Shown in pieces: positions 62,089-64,000 of a stretch of 64,000 nucleotides of DNA. The notes below the pieces were generated by a model. The model worked only from the letters and a program-made list of their open reading frames with translations. It had not been told where the DNA came from and did no database searches. The DNA is from an uncultured candidate division Zixibacteria bacterium (GTDB lineage: Bacteria; Zixibacteria; MSB-5A5; UBA10806; 4484-95). The first letter of the stretch is position 1; each line of letters starts with the position of its first letter. The DNA lies in NCBI GenBank assembly GCA_963668625.2, contig CAXXKA010000004.1:233676-297675 (forward strand). Direction: 5' to 3'. The translations under genes were made by a program, and so were the position numbers.

Positions 62089-64000
62089 TTAGAAATTAAC
62101 TGCCAAGCCAAACACTACCTGACGACCAGGCGTGTAATTGGTCGGATCCATATCTATCGGCAGTCCGGTGAAAATTTGACGGCTGCCATTGACACCGGTA
62201 TTCGCCATACCGGTCGATTCATAGATATCATCCACGTTTTTGTAATTAAAGATATTGTTGATCACGACCTGGAACGTGTAGTTCATGCCAATCATCTGGA
62301 AATTCTTGTTGAAACCGATATCAACTGTAGAGGTGGCCGGCATTCTTTCCGAATTCGTCAACGGTTCTTCGTTCACGCCCAAGCTCAAACCGGGATAGTT
62401 CTCCTCGGGGGTAAACGGACGGCCGCTCTTGAATAACCATGTAACACTGGCATTCCAGTCATCCGGCAGCTTGAAAATGCCGAGATGAGGATGCTCGCCT
62501 TTATTAACATTGATACTGGCAAAAACAGTAACCTGGTGACGGATATCCCAATCGAGTGGATTCTCTTTGATCGAGATCTCACCGCCCTGGAATCGGATAA
62601 AATAATCCGAGGAGGCGGATGAACTTTTACCGAATGCCCAGGTATATTCGTACTTGACCGAACCGGCAAGGAACTCACCATACTTCTTCTCTAACTCGAA
62701 TTCAAGTCCGCGTGATCTGGCATAGTCGACGTTATCCTGATAGTCCGGGGAGTTCGGATCAATACCATCGGGTACCGTATTAAGCAGCCCGAACTGATCC
62801 TTATAGTAACCCGAAATACCTAGCTTGTAAGCATCGGTAATTGCATACTGAACACCAACCTCATAGGTGATCGTTTTCTCGAAATCGAGGTTGGGATTGC
62901 CGTATACCGCCGCCGCCGATGAGGCCTGTGTACGGCGTTGATAATATTTCGAATATCCGGGACGCTGATAGAAATGGCCATAGTTAAAGAACAATTTCGC
63001 TTTCTCCGAAATCGGGAAAGAGAAACCGACACGAGGCGCAAGTTTATCCTGTGAATCGATAATCTGACGATAATCAAGCCCCTCTTCGATAAGTGTCAAA
63101 CTGTCTTTAGCTTCGCTGGCTTGAATGAAGAATTCATAGCGGAAACCAACCTCCGCGATCAATTCGCCATACTCGATCTTATCCCTTATATAGAACGCGC
63201 CGTCCTTTGGAGTTCTTTTGTAGAAATCGCGGAAAACTCCTTTGGCATAGGTCTGATATATGTACTCATCGGCAACACCGTTACCGGTAGTATCGTGAAC
63301 CTCTATTACTCGAGTTATACCTGACCAGTCGCCACCGTCATCAGGGCCGTTGTACTCGGTATATGGGTACTGAAGGTCCTGGTACAGTATCTTGTGGAAT
63401 TTGAACTCGAAACCGGATTTGATATCGTGATGACGAGATATCTGGCTGGTAATATCGAGCTTTAAGGTACGAGTCCGTGTATAGTCGTAGTGATACTGAG
63501 CCCAACGATCATAACCGAAATCGAGGAAAGAATCGGATGAATCCCAGCGACCATTCCCGTTTACGTCAACATACTCTTCACCATAATCGTATCGCTGATT
63601 AGGTTCATCATAGCGACCGTTATTATTGTTATCATCATACGGGATACCCTCCGACCAGCCATCATCCGGGCTGGTGTATCTACCATTATGATCGAGATCG
63701 TTGATCGGGCTCCAAATATCGAAACCTTCGTCGAAAGTACCGTTACCGTTGACATCCTGGAACGGTTCGCCATGGCTGATATCGCCGTCAACGTATGGTT
63801 CTTCATCATCTTCATTATATATATCGGAAAGCTGCGGGTCGTAAACACCGTTACCATTACCGTCGGCATCTATGTAGACCGAATCCCCATCATCGTAACG
63901 GCCATTGTTGTTGACATCAACGAAGTTGTAATCGCTTTCGATATCCTCGGCGGGGTCCCAGCGACCATTACTGTTACTATCCACGAAAGGTTCGGGGTCC
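62089..64000 (-). CDS. TonB-dependent receptor (C-terminal part) with Ca-binding repeat insertion; 5' end outside the window
   Basis: LAPRVGFSFPI, FFNYGHFYQ, GNPNLDFEKTITYEVG, RSRGLEFEL, NNIFN and terminal PGRQVVFGLAVNF; multiple D-x-N-x-N-G-x-x-D repeats. Confidence 0.9.
   Translation of the reverse strand, partial: DPEPFVDSNSNGRWDPAEDIESDYNFVDVNNNGRYDDGDSVYIDADGNGNGVYDPQLSDIYNEDDEEPYVDGDISHGEPFQDVNGNGTFDEGFDIWSPINDLDHNGRYTSPDDGWSEGIPYDDNNNNGRYDEPNQRYDYGEEYVDVNGNGRWDSSDSFLDFGYDRWAQYHYDYTRTRTLKLDITSQISRHHDIKSGFEFKFHKILYQDLQYPYTEYNGPDDGGDWSGITRVIEVHDTTGNGVADEYIYQTYAKGVFRDFYKRTPKDGAFYIRDKIEYGELIAEVGFRYEFFIQASEAKDSLTLIEEGLDYRQIIDSQDKLAPRVGFSFPISEKAKLFFNYGHFYQRPGYSKYYQRRTQASSAAAVYGNPNLDFEKTITYEVGVQYAITDAYKLGISGYYKDQFGLLNTVPDGIDPNSPDYQDNVDYARSRGLEFELEKKYGEFLAGSVKYEYTWAFGKSSSASSDYFIRFQGGEISIKENPLDWDIRHQVTVFASINVNKGEHPHLGIFKLPDDWNASVTWLFKSGRPFTPEENYPGLSLGVNEEPLTNSERMPATSTVDIGFNKNFQMIGMNYTFQVVINNIFNYKNVDDIYESTGMANTGVNGSRQIFTGLPIDMDPTNYTPGRQVVFGLAVNF

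Overview
A 64-kb bacterial window, most likely from an FCB-group lineage such as Zixibacteria. That is an inference from the many T9SS-type C-terminal domains, LVIVD proteins, dockerin-like modules and a PorV-family gene; it was not checked against a database. The window holds a complete minus-strand rRNA operon (16S-tRNA-Ile-tRNA-Ala-23S-5S), tRNA-Ser(GCT), tRNA-Thr(CGT), and two ISs (IS4, IS256) with intact target-site duplications. It also has a tandem cluster of secreted LVIVD proteins, secreted S8 and M6 proteases, two giant dockerin-bearing proteins, TldD/TldE, signalling genes, and a TonB-receptor/PorV/lipoprotein operon running off the right edge. Top finding 1: ORFs 27839..28378 and 28391..28828 share one frame and are split by a single TGA in a Cys-x-x-TGA context. 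A hairpin with a GGUC apical loop follows, making this a candidate secreted, T9SS-tagged beta-helix selenoprotein. Top finding 2: downstream of the 5S gene (4547..11605), co-oriented accessory genes are each followed by a copy of a GTAG-REP/REPIN-like repeat. This looks like a gene-cassette array, but without attC sites or an integrase.
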